From: Reclinomonas americana ATCC 50394
Lineage: Eukaryota
NCBI GenBank assembly: GCA_048213135.1
Contig: PS015081.1
Span: 229,546-249,545 of the forward strand
Direction: 5' to 3'
Length of the DNA stretch: 20,000 nucleotides
Shown: piece by piece, positions 9,138-19,328 of the stretch
Layout of the letters: every line of letters starts with the position of its first letter
How positions within the stretch are numbered: position 1 is the first letter of the stretch
The notes under the pieces: generated by a model
What the model was told of the DNA's origin: nothing
What the model saw: only the letters and a program-made list of their open reading frames with translations
The model's database searches: none
Position numbers and translations under genes: made by a program

Positions 9138-10419
9138 TTACGCGTACGGCGACCACGGATCATGCGTCAAACGACCCATGTCGTCTGCAATGCTCTTGAT
9201 GTCTCTGCTGAGTTGGTCGAAGTGTGCTGCCCACGTTCGGAACCGGTGCCAGCATGAACCATAATCGTTGTCCACAACTTCTGCAGTGTCGGCGTCGTCG
9301 CGGAATGGGTAAACAGCACCCATGACGCGACGGATGACAGACAACGTGTCGCATTGACGCCACCAACGCTTTGCTGCTGAGACGCCATCTCTCTGTCGCA
9401 CTGCGGATGTGGTGCGTTGGACATCAACAGGTGGAGCAGGGACCGCACGCCGATCTGCCGGTGTCGCGGGCGTCCACGTTCCTGAAAGGAGGAGAACGGC
9501 CACTGGCCATGCCCACGCCCCGGCCGCCAGAGCTGCGATGACAGTGTTTCCCTCGTGGCAGTCCATCCCTGTCAACTGGAACCTGGATACCAACTGTGCG
9601 TGGCAAAGCCTTCTGTGAGGAAGCACACACGGCACCCCAGCAGCAACGCACTACTTGAGCAGACCTGGACTCCCAACAGAACCATCAGATATCGTAGCGT
9701 CCACCCAAGCCATGCCACAATGCGCTGCGCCTCCTCCGTGACCTCGAGCCGAAGGTTTCTGAGGTTCACAAGGGCATAACACGCGTCCTCCAGCAACTGC
9801 AGGTGTCTGGTTTCGCGCACCCACTGAATGTCTCGCTCGAATGACTTGACACGGCACTCCGCGCCAGATCCCAGCTGTAGGTGAGTGATTAGCATCTTTT
9901 GCGCAGTAATGCCACGAGCGTTGATGCTCACCGCAGTCTTGAGACGCAGCAGGTACTACGAGTTGCGAATAAGCAGCATCAGGAATGCCAGCCAGATGAC
10001 CAGGATGACAACCGAGAGCCCTCCTTGCGAGGGCAGTGCGCCGAACCCGCCGACCACACCGCTATCAGGGGATATGTTGTGGATGCGAGTGCGACATTCA
10101 TCGCCAGAGAAGCGCGACGCGGTGACCCGCCGATGCAGCTGCAAGGCAATAATTACGCTGCGGCGGCGCACGAGTTGCGTGCTCCTACTAGTAGTGAATG
10201 CGAACGCACCTCTGTGTAAACAATAGAGAAGCCGAAGAGCAGAGACGCCAGGATGCTGAAGCGGCTGAGTTGGTCCAGCCCGACCTGCATGCGGTCGACA
10301 AAGAGCTCGTTGACATTGGCAAGATTGCTGATGCTGTCGGAGATGTAGTTGCGCCAGACAAGAACGTTGCGTTCGTTACCTCGCAACACGGGCGCGTCGC
10401 CGCTTCCGCCAGCGGACAT
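9138..10419 (-). CDS. Multi-exon membrane protein with about four TM segments, possibly Orai/CRAC-channel-like
   Basis: ATG at 10419. TM1 LSRFSILASLLFGFSIVYTE, donor at 10209; TM2 GLSVVILVIWLAFLMLLI; TM3 IVAWLGWTLRYLMVLLGVQ|LVSRF; TM4 VIAALAAGAWAWPVAVLLLSG; stop TAA at 9138, with AATAAA about 40 nt downstream. Splicing around 9955-9760 is ambiguous. The family call is by eye only. Confidence 0.5.
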
Positions 10420-11105
10420 GGTGCCCTGGAGAATGCAGGTGAGAAAAATGATTTGCAAGATGTCGCGATCTCGATATTCGTTGCAGTATACGCACAAGAA
10501 CACAGCTCTAGATCTCGCTACCGTTGACGTCCGGAGAGGTTCACTACACAACTACAAGTAATGCAGAATTCTCACTGCTCTGCGTTTCAATTGAGCTCGA
10601 GTTTACACAATGCGATCGGTGACGTCATTTGACACACGCACCAGTCCTCGCGAACAGACGACGTCGATGTCGACAACAACGTAGTGCCTACGTATGCATT
10701 CGAGCTCGTGTTGATTGTCGCGGCTCCACTTGTGTCACACCGTCTGCTTGCAATTGACATCGGCCATATGCATGGTGACACACTTCGTGGTCGACGGTGT
10801 GCTGTATGCAGCGCATTGCGAAACAGGTCGCGCAGCGTGGCGTGATATATCGCTGCTGGCGTGCTGATCATGAGCATTGCTCTTGCTGTCTGTCAACACA
10901 CGTACGCGTGCACTTCATGATCACCCACCCGTTCTTCCGTCATCTTGATGAGAGCACATGGTCGACAACGTGCTGTGTGCTCCAAGATGAGGAACGAGCA
11001 GATTGCACATCGGAGTGGCGGGACATGGGAGTGGCGGGAGGAAACGCCAGCGAACAAAACTGTATAACTGTTCTCACACCGACCGAACTTTTTGCCTGCA
11101 CACAA

Positions 11106-12224
11106 ATGTCGATGGACGAGAAGGTAGAGTGTGTGCTGTTGAGTGTTGCTGTTTCACGCCTCATCGAGAATGGAACGCAGGTCCTGGAGGGGCACACTCG
11201 AGGGGTGACATCCGTGGCCATCACTCCCGACAATCAGCACATTGTGAGCGGCAGCTGGGACACCACAATCCGTGTGTGGTCACTGGCAACCGGAGTGGAG
11301 TTGCGACGACTAGAGGGACACACTGGATGGGTGTTGTCCGTCGCCATCACACCCGACGGTCAACACGTGGTCAGTGGCAGTGGCGATAACACAATCCGTG
11401 TGTGGTCACTGGTGACTGGCGACGAGGTGCGGCGACTGGCCGCGAGCGTCAACTCCGTTGCCGTCACTCCCGATGGCCAGCACATTGTGAGTGGGGGTGA
11501 GGACGGCATTGTGCGTGTGTGGTCACTGGCGACTGGCGACGAGGTGAGGCGCTCGGAGGGGCACACCATGGGCATCACATCGGTCGCCGTCACTCCCAGT
11601 GGTCAGTACATTGTCAGTGGGAGTAAGGACGGCACAGTGCGGGTGTGGTCTACGACGAGTGGTGAGGAGGTGCGACGGATGGAGGGACACGCTGACTGGG
11701 TGAACTGTGTTGCCGTCACCCCCGACAGTGAACGCATCGTGAGTGGCAGTGGGGACTGGACTGTGCGAGTGTGGTCGCTGGCAAGTGGTGCAGAAGTGCG
11801 GCGGTTGGATGTGCACATGATGTCGGTGCAGTCTGTTGCTAGCGCTGTCACTAGCGACGGTCAGCATGTCGTGGGTGGCGTGCAGAGCTATGACAGAGCC
11901 GTACGAGTGTGGTCTCTGGCGAGTATCTTTCCCGATGAAGTGCAGCGGTTGAAGGGGCACACGGATGATGTGTGGTCCGTCGCCGTCACTCCCAATGGCC
12001 AGCACATCGTGAGTGGGAGCCGCGACAAGACAGTGCGTGTGTGGGCCACGCTGCGTGGACTCGCCTGCCAGGAGCTGACGGCCGCACGGTCGGCCATGCA
12101 GGCGGTGCAGGAGATGCAGCAAGCCAGCAGCGGCGAAGACACATCGGATTCTCGCTGCCTGCCTGAGATGGTGCTGCGCTGTTTCATTGTCGAGGAGGCC
12201 GAGGTCGTGGTGTCGTTCTCGTGA
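11106..12224 (+). CDS. WD40-repeat protein, copy 2 (7 repeats plus C-terminal helical tail), intact
   Basis: Mini-exon MSMDEK 11106-11123, intron 11124-11180 (GTAGAG...ACGCAG), exon 11181-12224 with seven WD40 repeats (repeat 3 has a short deletion, repeat 6 is degenerate) and tail RGLACQELTAARSAMQAV...LPEMVLRCFIVEE. Confidence 0.92.
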   Translation: MSMDEKVECVLLSVAVSRLIENGTQVLEGHTRGVTSVAITPDNQHIVSGSWDTTIRVWSLATGVELRRLEGHTGWVLSVAITPDGQHVVSGSGDNTIRVWSLVTGDEVRRLAASVNSVAVTPDGQHIVSGGEDGIVRVWSLATGDEVRRSEGHTMGITSVAVTPSGQYIVSGSKDGTVRVWSTTSGEEVRRMEGHADWVNCVAVTPDSERIVSGSGDWTVRVWSLASGAEVRRLDVHMMSVQSVASAVTSDGQHVVGGVQSYDRAVRVWSLASIFPDEVQRLKGHTDDVWSVAVTPNGQHIVSGSRDKTVRVWATLRGLACQELTAARSAMQAVQEMQQASSGEDTSDSRCLPEMVLRCFIVEEAEVVVSFS

Positions 12225-12440
12225 TGCAGCTGATGCGTCTCCCGTTTTGTGTTCCGTGTTTTGTTTGTGAACCATGTGTTAAATGAATTCAAAGGGTCAA
12301 TGGACGACCAAGCTTAACAGGCATCACGTGCAAGCGAAGCGTAACAGCATTGGGAACTTCACTCGAGCGAGGCAAGTGCGACGTCACGTCGGAGTAGCAG
12401 GACGATATTCTTGCACTCTCACACGCAACGACGGAGCACA

Positions 12441-12777
12441 ATGACAAGCAAGGTTTGCACACTCTCCTACTTGTTTGTGGCTGCTCGTCTGTGTGTCACA
12501 CATTTTCCGCAGGTCTTGAAGGGACACATTTATACGGTGTCGTGCATTGCGATCACTGCCGATGGTCTGCAAGTTGTGAGTGGGAGCTGGGACTGCACCA
12601 TTCGCGTGTGGTCTCTCGCGAGTGGAGAGGAGAGTCGACGGTTGGAGGGACACACTGTATGGGTGAATTCTGTCACCACCACCCCCGACGGTCTGCACAT
12701 CGTCAGTGGGAGTGAAGACACCACTGTGCGACTGTGGTCACTGGCGACTGGCGAGGAGGTGCGACGGTTGGTGGGAC
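12441..12777 (+). CDS. WD40-repeat protein, copy 3, 5' part; truncated by the gap
   Basis: Mini-exon MTSK 12441-12452, intron 12453-12512 (GTTTGC...CCGCAG), then two full repeats (VLKGHIYTVSCIAITADG...; LEGHTVWVNSV...) before the Ns. Confidence 0.88.
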
Positions 12778-13285
12778 NNNNNNNNNNNNNNNNNNNNNNN
12801 NNNNNNNNNNNNNNNNNNNNNNNNNNNNNNNNNNNNNNNNNNNNNNNNNNNNNNNNNNNNNNNNNNNNNNNNNNNNNNNNNNNNNNNNNNNNNNNNNNNN
12901 NNNNNNNNNNNNNNNNNNNNNNNNNNNNNNNNNNNNNNNNNNNNNNNNNNNNNNNNNNNNNNNNNNNNNNNNNNNNNNNNNNNNNNNNNNNNNNNNNNNN
13001 NNNNNNNNNNNNNNNNNNNNNNNNNNNNNNNNNNNNNNNNNNNNNNNNNNNNNNNNNNNNNNNNNNNNNNNNNNNNNNNNNNNNNNNNNNNNNNNNNNNN
13101 NNNNNNNNNNNNNNNNNNNNNNNNNNNNNNNNNNNNNNNNNNNNNNNNNNNNNNNNNNNNNNNNNNNNNNNNNNNNNNNNNNNNNNNNNNNNNNNNNNNN
13201 NNNNNNNNNNNNNNNNNNNNNNNNNNNNNNNNNNNNNNNNNNNNNNNNNNNNNNNNNNNNNNNNNNNNNNNNNNNNNNNNNNNNN
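12778..13285. other. Assembly gap (N run); other gaps at about 4178-4197, 7041-7112, 7665-7713 and 16153-17019
   Basis: Runs of N; the short gaps are flanked by microsatellites or repeats. Confidence 0.95.
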
Positions 13286-13306
13286 TGTGAGCGGCACACG
13301 ACCCAC

Positions 13307-14973
13307 CGGTAAGTACGAATTCGCAAAGTCGTCGTCCATGCAATACGTAAACATCACAGCTCGTTTCAACTCTCGCTGCACCGAGTTGTGTTAGCAACAT
13401 GAGCCGCCAACTCATGCACTCACACACAGACCTTCACAATGACCTCCTCCAGCAGCAAACAGCGGCGAGTCACATTGTCGGGTGCGGCAATGAGTGGAAT
13501 TCGGTTCAAGAAGAACCCGACGCCGTCAAACCGCATGCCGGCCGCCAGCGGTGCGGCCGAGGGGAGGCGCGCCAGTGGAGACGCGGCCATGACTGACGAT
13601 GCCGACGACGACGGCGCTGATGTGGAAGTCGAGGTGGAAGAAGAGCCCGACGGCGACGACAGCGTCGACGACGACGATGACGACGACGATGACGAGACCA
13701 CGTGCGACGGTCGACCGGCACTTGGTCGTCGCGCAAGCGACGGTGGCGTACCGCTCGGAACCGGGGTTCCCAGCTCGCTGGTCAACACGGGCACCGGAGC
13801 TATCAAAAACTCTCAGGAAAGTGTGCGGTTGGAGGGAGGAGGCATGAGAGACGTACCGCCACGCTCCGCCACCGGTTTGGGCTTTTCGGGTTGAAGTGGA
13901 CTTTGCGCCGCGATGGCCTTGGAGACCATGAGCGCAAGAGCCTGCGGATCGACAACAGCCGGCACGGCCGCTGGCAACGGCACTGCCGCCGGTGAGAGTG
14001 GCATGGACGCCAAAGCCGCAGCGGCTGCAGCAGCGGCTGCCGCTCCATTGGCAGCCGAGGACGGTGACGGTGACAGAGCTGCATCCACGAGCGCTGCAAA
14101 AGTCAGCAAACATGAAGCTGCAGTTGCACCCTCACTCAAGAAACCCGCAACAATTGCGACGCGCGGTCGCCGCCGGCGGCGTGTTAATCAGCGACAAAAA
14201 AATGGCCTCGCGCAACGCTGGGTCGTCCTCCAAAGGCTCCGGCATGTTGGGCTGGAAACCACGACGCACTGCACAAAAACAACGCCACTCAACGTCGACT
14301 CCAGCACGCACTCAACACACCCACAGCAGCAGCACACACCACTCAGCGACGCCGGCGGCGGCGGAGGCGGCAATGCACCGCCATTACCGGCGGTGGGTAC
14401 CGGCGGTCGCTGATTGCACGCCTCCAGCGACATTGCAATGGCCAGCTGCAAGCTCGCATCCTCATCCTCATCATCACCACCACCGCCGCCGCCACCATTG
14501 CCACCACCATCATAATCACTCTCCTCGGCATCTGCGCATAAGCCGTGATTGATATCGCAATCAAAATGACCGACCACTCTCTCTCTCTCTCTCGCACACA
14601 CACACCTACTTACCAACATCAAGAATCTCCTCTGGCGGCACCACCACCGCCTGCACACGCCGTCTCTTGCGACGCGGCGGCCGCCCCGCCTCCTCACCCG
14701 CAACGAATACCGCCTTGTCATCATCATCATCCTCCTCGTCCTCCTCCTCCTCCTCTTCCTCGCCTCTCTTGTGCATCTGTGAGTGCCGACGACGCCCTCT
14801 CCTCTCAGACGAGTGCACAGCCGCCGCCATTGAGGCAAGCATAAGCACATCGGCATCGTCGACAGGCGCATGTTGCTGCTGCTCCTCCTGCACACACACA
14901 CACGCAAATGAGGAGCAAGAGACACACACACACAGAGAGAGAGGCGCCTCACATGCGGCTGCTCATCAGACAT
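13307..14973 (-). CDS. TDP1: Tyrosyl-DNA phosphodiesterase 1-like protein with two N-terminal UIMs, 5' part; catalytic core lost in the gap
   Basis: ATG at 14973 (MSDEQPH|), acidic and basic low-complexity N-terminus, UIM-like DEDEDASLQLAIAMSLEA and EDDPALREAIFLSL, then RFDGVGFFLNRIP...CLLLEEVIVK|RELKRAVMFTYCMDDDFANSYLP, which resembles the start of the Tdp1 phospholipase-D-type domain. The HxK catalytic motifs are not visible. Confidence 0.65.
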
Positions 14974-15076
14974 GGTGTTGTCGCCAAGCCAAGGGTGCAA
15001 ACACAGGAGTCACAGTGGATTGCGCGGGAATCCTGCTCGCACTGTCCTTGTTGCGTTTTGTTGTTGTGTGTAGATC
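14974..15076. promoter_or_regulatory. Putative bidirectional promoter between divergent start codons
   Basis: Only 103 bp separate the TDP1-like ATG (-, 14973) from the NDK-like ATG (+, 15077). Inferred from geometry alone; no motif identified. Confidence 0.4.
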
Positions 15077-16135
15077 ATGCCGCCGAAAGCCGCTGCAGGT
15101 GGGAAGCAAGGCAAGGCGGGGAAAGCAGCACCCGAACCGGAGCCAGAACCGGAGCCGGTTGTTGTAGAGAAGCCGGCGCCCACGAATCGGTTTGTCAAGT
15201 TGTTCTTTCACACTCTTTACTTCCTCTCTTTGCTCTCTCACTCAGTATGCTTCCTGTAGTGTGGTGCTGTGCGTCAAGCCCGATGCCGCCGCATGGTTCA
15301 TGGCCATCCGCAGCGCGATTGTCAAGTCGGGCTTTCATGTCGTCGACGTTCTGTTCTCTCACTGCGCCTGCTCTCTCTCTTTGCTGTGTTCCATTGCTGA
15401 CTGCCTCACACAGGAGACGAGGTTACGCTTGAGTCGCGCACGAGCGTCCAAGTTCTGCGAGTCGCTGAGCGGGGCCGCGGGAGAGCGCGAGGATCCAGTG
15501 GCGTTGAGTGCCGATCCGATGTATGCGTTGCTGCTGGAGAAGGACGCAGCGTGTGAGGCTATCGGATCGGTGCTGGAGCCGCTGCGTGCGGAGTTTGGCG
15601 GCTTGTATGCCTCGTCGACTCCGCAGCAGGCGGTCAGTGACACGGCGTTCTTCTTTGGGCGCGGGAATCCGACGGCGGCGGCCTTGCATCCGACACTGGC
15701 GCAGTTGGCGGAGCGAGACCGGCATGTGCTGTTTGAGGAGACGCTGGTGGCGCAGGCCAAGCAGGAGGAGGCGGAGGCGCGACAGACGCAGCGCGATCTG
15801 TACTGGAGGGCGTTGACGGACCAGGTGCACGATGTGCTGCTGGCGCAAACCGGCGTCGATTACGATCGCACGCAGATCCGCTCGCACTTGGAGATGCCAC
15901 GCGGCAGCAACGCAAGCAGCAGTCGCGGCAGTGTCAAGCAGGGCGACGGCGATGATGAAGACGAAGGGGGGCAGCCGGAAAGCCAATTTGCGCGCGCCGC
16001 CAAGACGTTCGACGTCGACGCGCTGGTCGCCTATGCCGCCAGCAGCGGTCTCACACCCGTGGTCTCCTTCAAGCTTAGCGGCAATGCCACCACCACGCGT
16101 GACACTGCCTTTACACACACAGGCCAGTTCCGACC
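15077..16135 (+). CDS. Protein with an N-terminal nucleoside diphosphate kinase (NDK/NME)-like domain, probably inactive; continues into the gap
   Basis: Exons 15077-15189, 15260-15347, 15414-16135. RVVLCVKPDA...IVKSGFHVVDETRLRLSRARASKF...PMYALLLEK...LRAEFGGLYASSTPQQAVSDTAFFF follows the NDK fold pattern. The apparent TAA at 16137 lies within a CC|GTAAAA donor. Confidence 0.75.
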
Positions 16136-17019
16136 GTAAAAGCGCATGACAGNNNNNNNNNNNNNNNNNNNNNNNNNNNNNNNNNNNNNNNNNNNNNNNN
16201 NNNNNNNNNNNNNNNNNNNNNNNNNNNNNNNNNNNNNNNNNNNNNNNNNNNNNNNNNNNNNNNNNNNNNNNNNNNNNNNNNNNNNNNNNNNNNNNNNNNN
16301 NNNNNNNNNNNNNNNNNNNNNNNNNNNNNNNNNNNNNNNNNNNNNNNNNNNNNNNNNNNNNNNNNNNNNNNNNNNNNNNNNNNNNNNNNNNNNNNNNNNN
16401 NNNNNNNNNNNNNNNNNNNNNNNNNNNNNNNNNNNNNNNNNNNNNNNNNNNNNNNNNNNNNNNNNNNNNNNNNNNNNNNNNNNNNNNNNNNNNNNNNNNN
16501 NNNNNNNNNNNNNNNNNNNNNNNNNNNNNNNNNNNNNNNNNNNNNNNNNNNNNNNNNNNNNNNNNNNNNNNNNNNNNNNNNNNNNNNNNNNNNNNNNNNN
16601 NNNNNNNNNNNNNNNNNNNNNNNNNNNNNNNNNNNNNNNNNNNNNNNNNNNNNNNNNNNNNNNNNNNNNNNNNNNNNNNNNNNNNNNNNNNNNNNNNNNN
16701 NNNNNNNNNNNNNNNNNNNNNNNNNNNNNNNNNNNNNNNNNNNNNNNNNNNNNNNNNNNNNNNNNNNNNNNNNNNNNNNNNNNNNNNNNNNNNNNNNNNN
16801 NNNNNNNNNNNNNNNNNNNNNNNNNNNNNNNNNNNNNNNNNNNNNNNNNNNNNNNNNNNNNNNNNNNNNNNNNNNNNNNNNNNNNNNNNNNNNNNNNNNN
16901 NNNNNNNNNNNNNNNNNNNNNNNNNNNNNNNNNNNNNNNNNNNNNNNNNNNNNNNNNNNNNNNNNNNNNNNNNNNNNNNNNNNNNNNNNNNNNNNNNNNN
17001 NNNNNNNNNNNNNNNNNNN

Positions 17020-19206
17020 TCTTCACCGGCTCGGAGTGTGGTGGCCATTGGTAAAAGGCAAGTGAGTAATCAATCGTGTGGGGCAGAGGTGGTTCGGCAG
17101 TTGCCCGAGGATATCGATCCGTGGTTGCGATCGTCGTTCCCCGAGGGCCACACCGACAGCACCGACAGCGAGTATTTCTTCGATGTGCCCCTCTCGCGCA
17201 TTCGTGTGCAGGAGAGTTGAGTGCGGCTGCGCTGCTGCTGCGTGTCGTCTGCTCGTTGATCTCACGCGTGCGCGCACAGATTCGGGCTCCAGTGCGCCGT
17301 GGTTGGTGCGACCGCACAAGACGCGTGAGGCGGGTGACGATCGCGATGAGGGTGCAGAGGCGAGTGAGGCGCTCAGTAGCACGACCAGCTCGCGTGTTGG
17401 CTTGCGACTCGTGGACGACGAGCACATTTTCTTGGTTGCCCTGCCCGGCTACTACGAGGCGACGTTTGATGTGACGCTGCCGAAGACCCTGTCGTCGCTG
17501 TCGCTGCTTGGTGGCCGCGGTCACATCTCGTACCGCCTCGAAGTGCGCTGCCACTCGTCGGCAGTGTTGCTGCCCGGCACCAAGCAACCGCACCAGAACG
17601 GACTGTCGGTGCCGCGATTGGACAACTTGGATAAACCACGATGGCTGCGCTCCTCTGCCGACCTGGCGATTCTCGAGCGGTGTCCACTTAGTGTGAGCGA
17701 CGCGTACCGCCAAGTGTCGGTGGACATGCATGGGATCCCGTACAGGTCGGTGGTTGTGCACGCTGCGTGTTGTTGTTTGCCAAGCAGAGTCGTTGACGAA
17801 GGTTGTGCAGGTTATCGGTGCAGCATTTGCAGTTTGCCGGCGGCCACGTGCATGTCGCCGTGTTCTTGCCTGCCGAAGTAATGTTGTGTTCGCCACCCTC
17901 TTTCTTCTCTCCTTTCTTCTCTTCGTTGCACTCACGCCGCACAACAACACAGCACACCAATGGGAACTGCGATTTCTCCGCTGGAGCCACGCGACGAGAG
18001 CGATGATGAGAGCGAAGAAGACATTGTTCTCCACGGTGTCACTCATGGTGCTCAAGCCGGTGACGGGGGTGATAGCGTCGGTGCGGACTCGAGTGTGCGT
18101 GTGGCCGTGTCCACGCGGTCGCGCAAGAAGACTCTCGAGATGCTCGCCGAGGAGCGCAACAGGATACTCAGTCAGCTGATGCCCATGTTGCCGGTGGCGG
18201 TTCCCGAGGGTGAAGTGCGCACGCCCAAGAACCTGCCGAAGGTGGCATCGGGAGAGGCCTGCTTGCAGAGAATATTGTCGACACAGGCGTACGGGTACCC
18301 GTACCGCAGTGTCACCGATCTCGCCTCGGTGCAGTTTGGCGACTTTTCTGTTCTCCAGGTGAGAGAGTCTTCACACTCTCTTTCATCTGGGGAGTGGCGT
18401 GGACCTGAGTGGGTCGTTGTTTCTTTGGCAGAAAATCACGCTGCCAGTTCCCGCCGACACGCCGCCGACCACGCGTGGTCTGCTGATTGAGTTGACGTAT
18501 CGCGTGTTCATCAAGCTGTGTCTGGCTGATGGATTCGTGGGGCACTATCACTTGCCAGTGAGTATCGATGCTCGCCTTCTCCGCGTCGTCTTTCGGATCG
18601 CTGAGAACACCTTGTCACGTGTGCAGATCTATGTGACACACCCGGTATGTGCGACACACATTCCCACTCCGCGTCACTTGGGCGAACGTGGCAGCTGGCA
18701 CGTCGCCGAGGATCGCTCAGAAAAGGAGGAGGAAGAGTCGCGACCAGTGTTGCCCTACATTGAGAAGCTGCTGGGTGAGCGGGGCGATCTCATATTTTTT
18801 TCGAATGGTGGCGTCGTCAGGCTTCTCACCCTCACCGCCCACAGAAATGTCGGTTCTGCCACCGCACGCTCATCTGTCGCGAGGTGGGTGAAGAAAAGTC
18901 ACATGTCGATCGCCGTCGTCTCACTTCCCCCAATCTCTCGCAGCGTCGGGCAGTGTGCCGCCATCGCTGCGCAGCGCCGCCGACAACGACGCTCCACCAT
19001 CCAGTGAACGCGCGAAAGCAGCCGCCGCTCCGGAGCCCGACCTCATGTCGGCCGACAGCGCAGCCACCGGCAGCATTGCCGATGAGAAGGTGTACGACCC
19101 GCTGGACATTCACCTGGAGGGTGTCGTGGTCAAATCGCTGTCGACGAGCGCAAGGGGAGGCGCAGGCAGCAGACAGGGAAGCGAACGGGACGCCAGCGTG
19201 AAATGA
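17020..19206 (+). CDS. Arrestin-fold (alpha-arrestin-like, N and C domains) protein, multi-exon; 5' end in the gap
   Basis: FTGSE just after the gap; LPGYYEATFDVTLPKTLSSLSLLGGRGHISYRLEV (arrestin-N pattern G.Y.F.F...LP..LPSS.....G.I.Y.L); GGHVHVAVFLPAE and ITLPVPADTPPTTRGLLIELTYRVFIKL...HLP|IYV (arrestin-C pattern). Phase-consistent GT-AG introns; TGA at 19206. Confidence 0.75.
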
Positions 19207-19328
19207 AATGTTGACCAAACGTTGCTTTTTCTCTTCATTATTGTTACAGCCCACCAGTATGAAGACACGCAGCCGACTACTACAAACTCTCTCGTTCTCT
19301 TTTCTCTCCGCGATTGTCAACCATGAAC

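Noticed and set aside
8489-9958. Genome-wide TAA/TAG reassignment to Gln or Glu
   Set aside because: TAG appears to terminate genes at 3737 and 4613 and TAA at 9138, and long exons elsewhere contain no TAR codons. Two isolated cases are better explained by mutation or splicing.
10430-11100. Possible additional gene between the membrane gene and WD40 copy 2
   Set aside because: Only short ORFs with no convincing splice chain or motif; may be UTR, promoter or upstream exons.
10797-11105. 103-aa N-terminal extension of the 475-aa WD40 ORF as an effector domain
   Set aside because: It starts at a non-ATG codon and reads through a 57-nt intron. The paralogs show the true start is a mini-exon (ATG at 11106).
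7979-12050. Regular 126-bp repeats as a CRISPR-like or DGR-like array
   Set aside because: They are in-frame WD40 coding repeats with no unique spacers, cas genes or reverse transcriptase, and the differences are not adenine-specific.
16136-16139. TAA stop ending the NDK-like ORF
   Set aside because: It overlaps a GTAAAA donor next to the gap, so it is more likely intronic, although this cannot be proven without the gap sequence.
15423-18055. Long minus-strand ORFs (541 and 674 aa) and other ORFs spanning N runs
   Set aside because: Artefacts of translating through gaps and antisense shadows of GC-rich coding exons.
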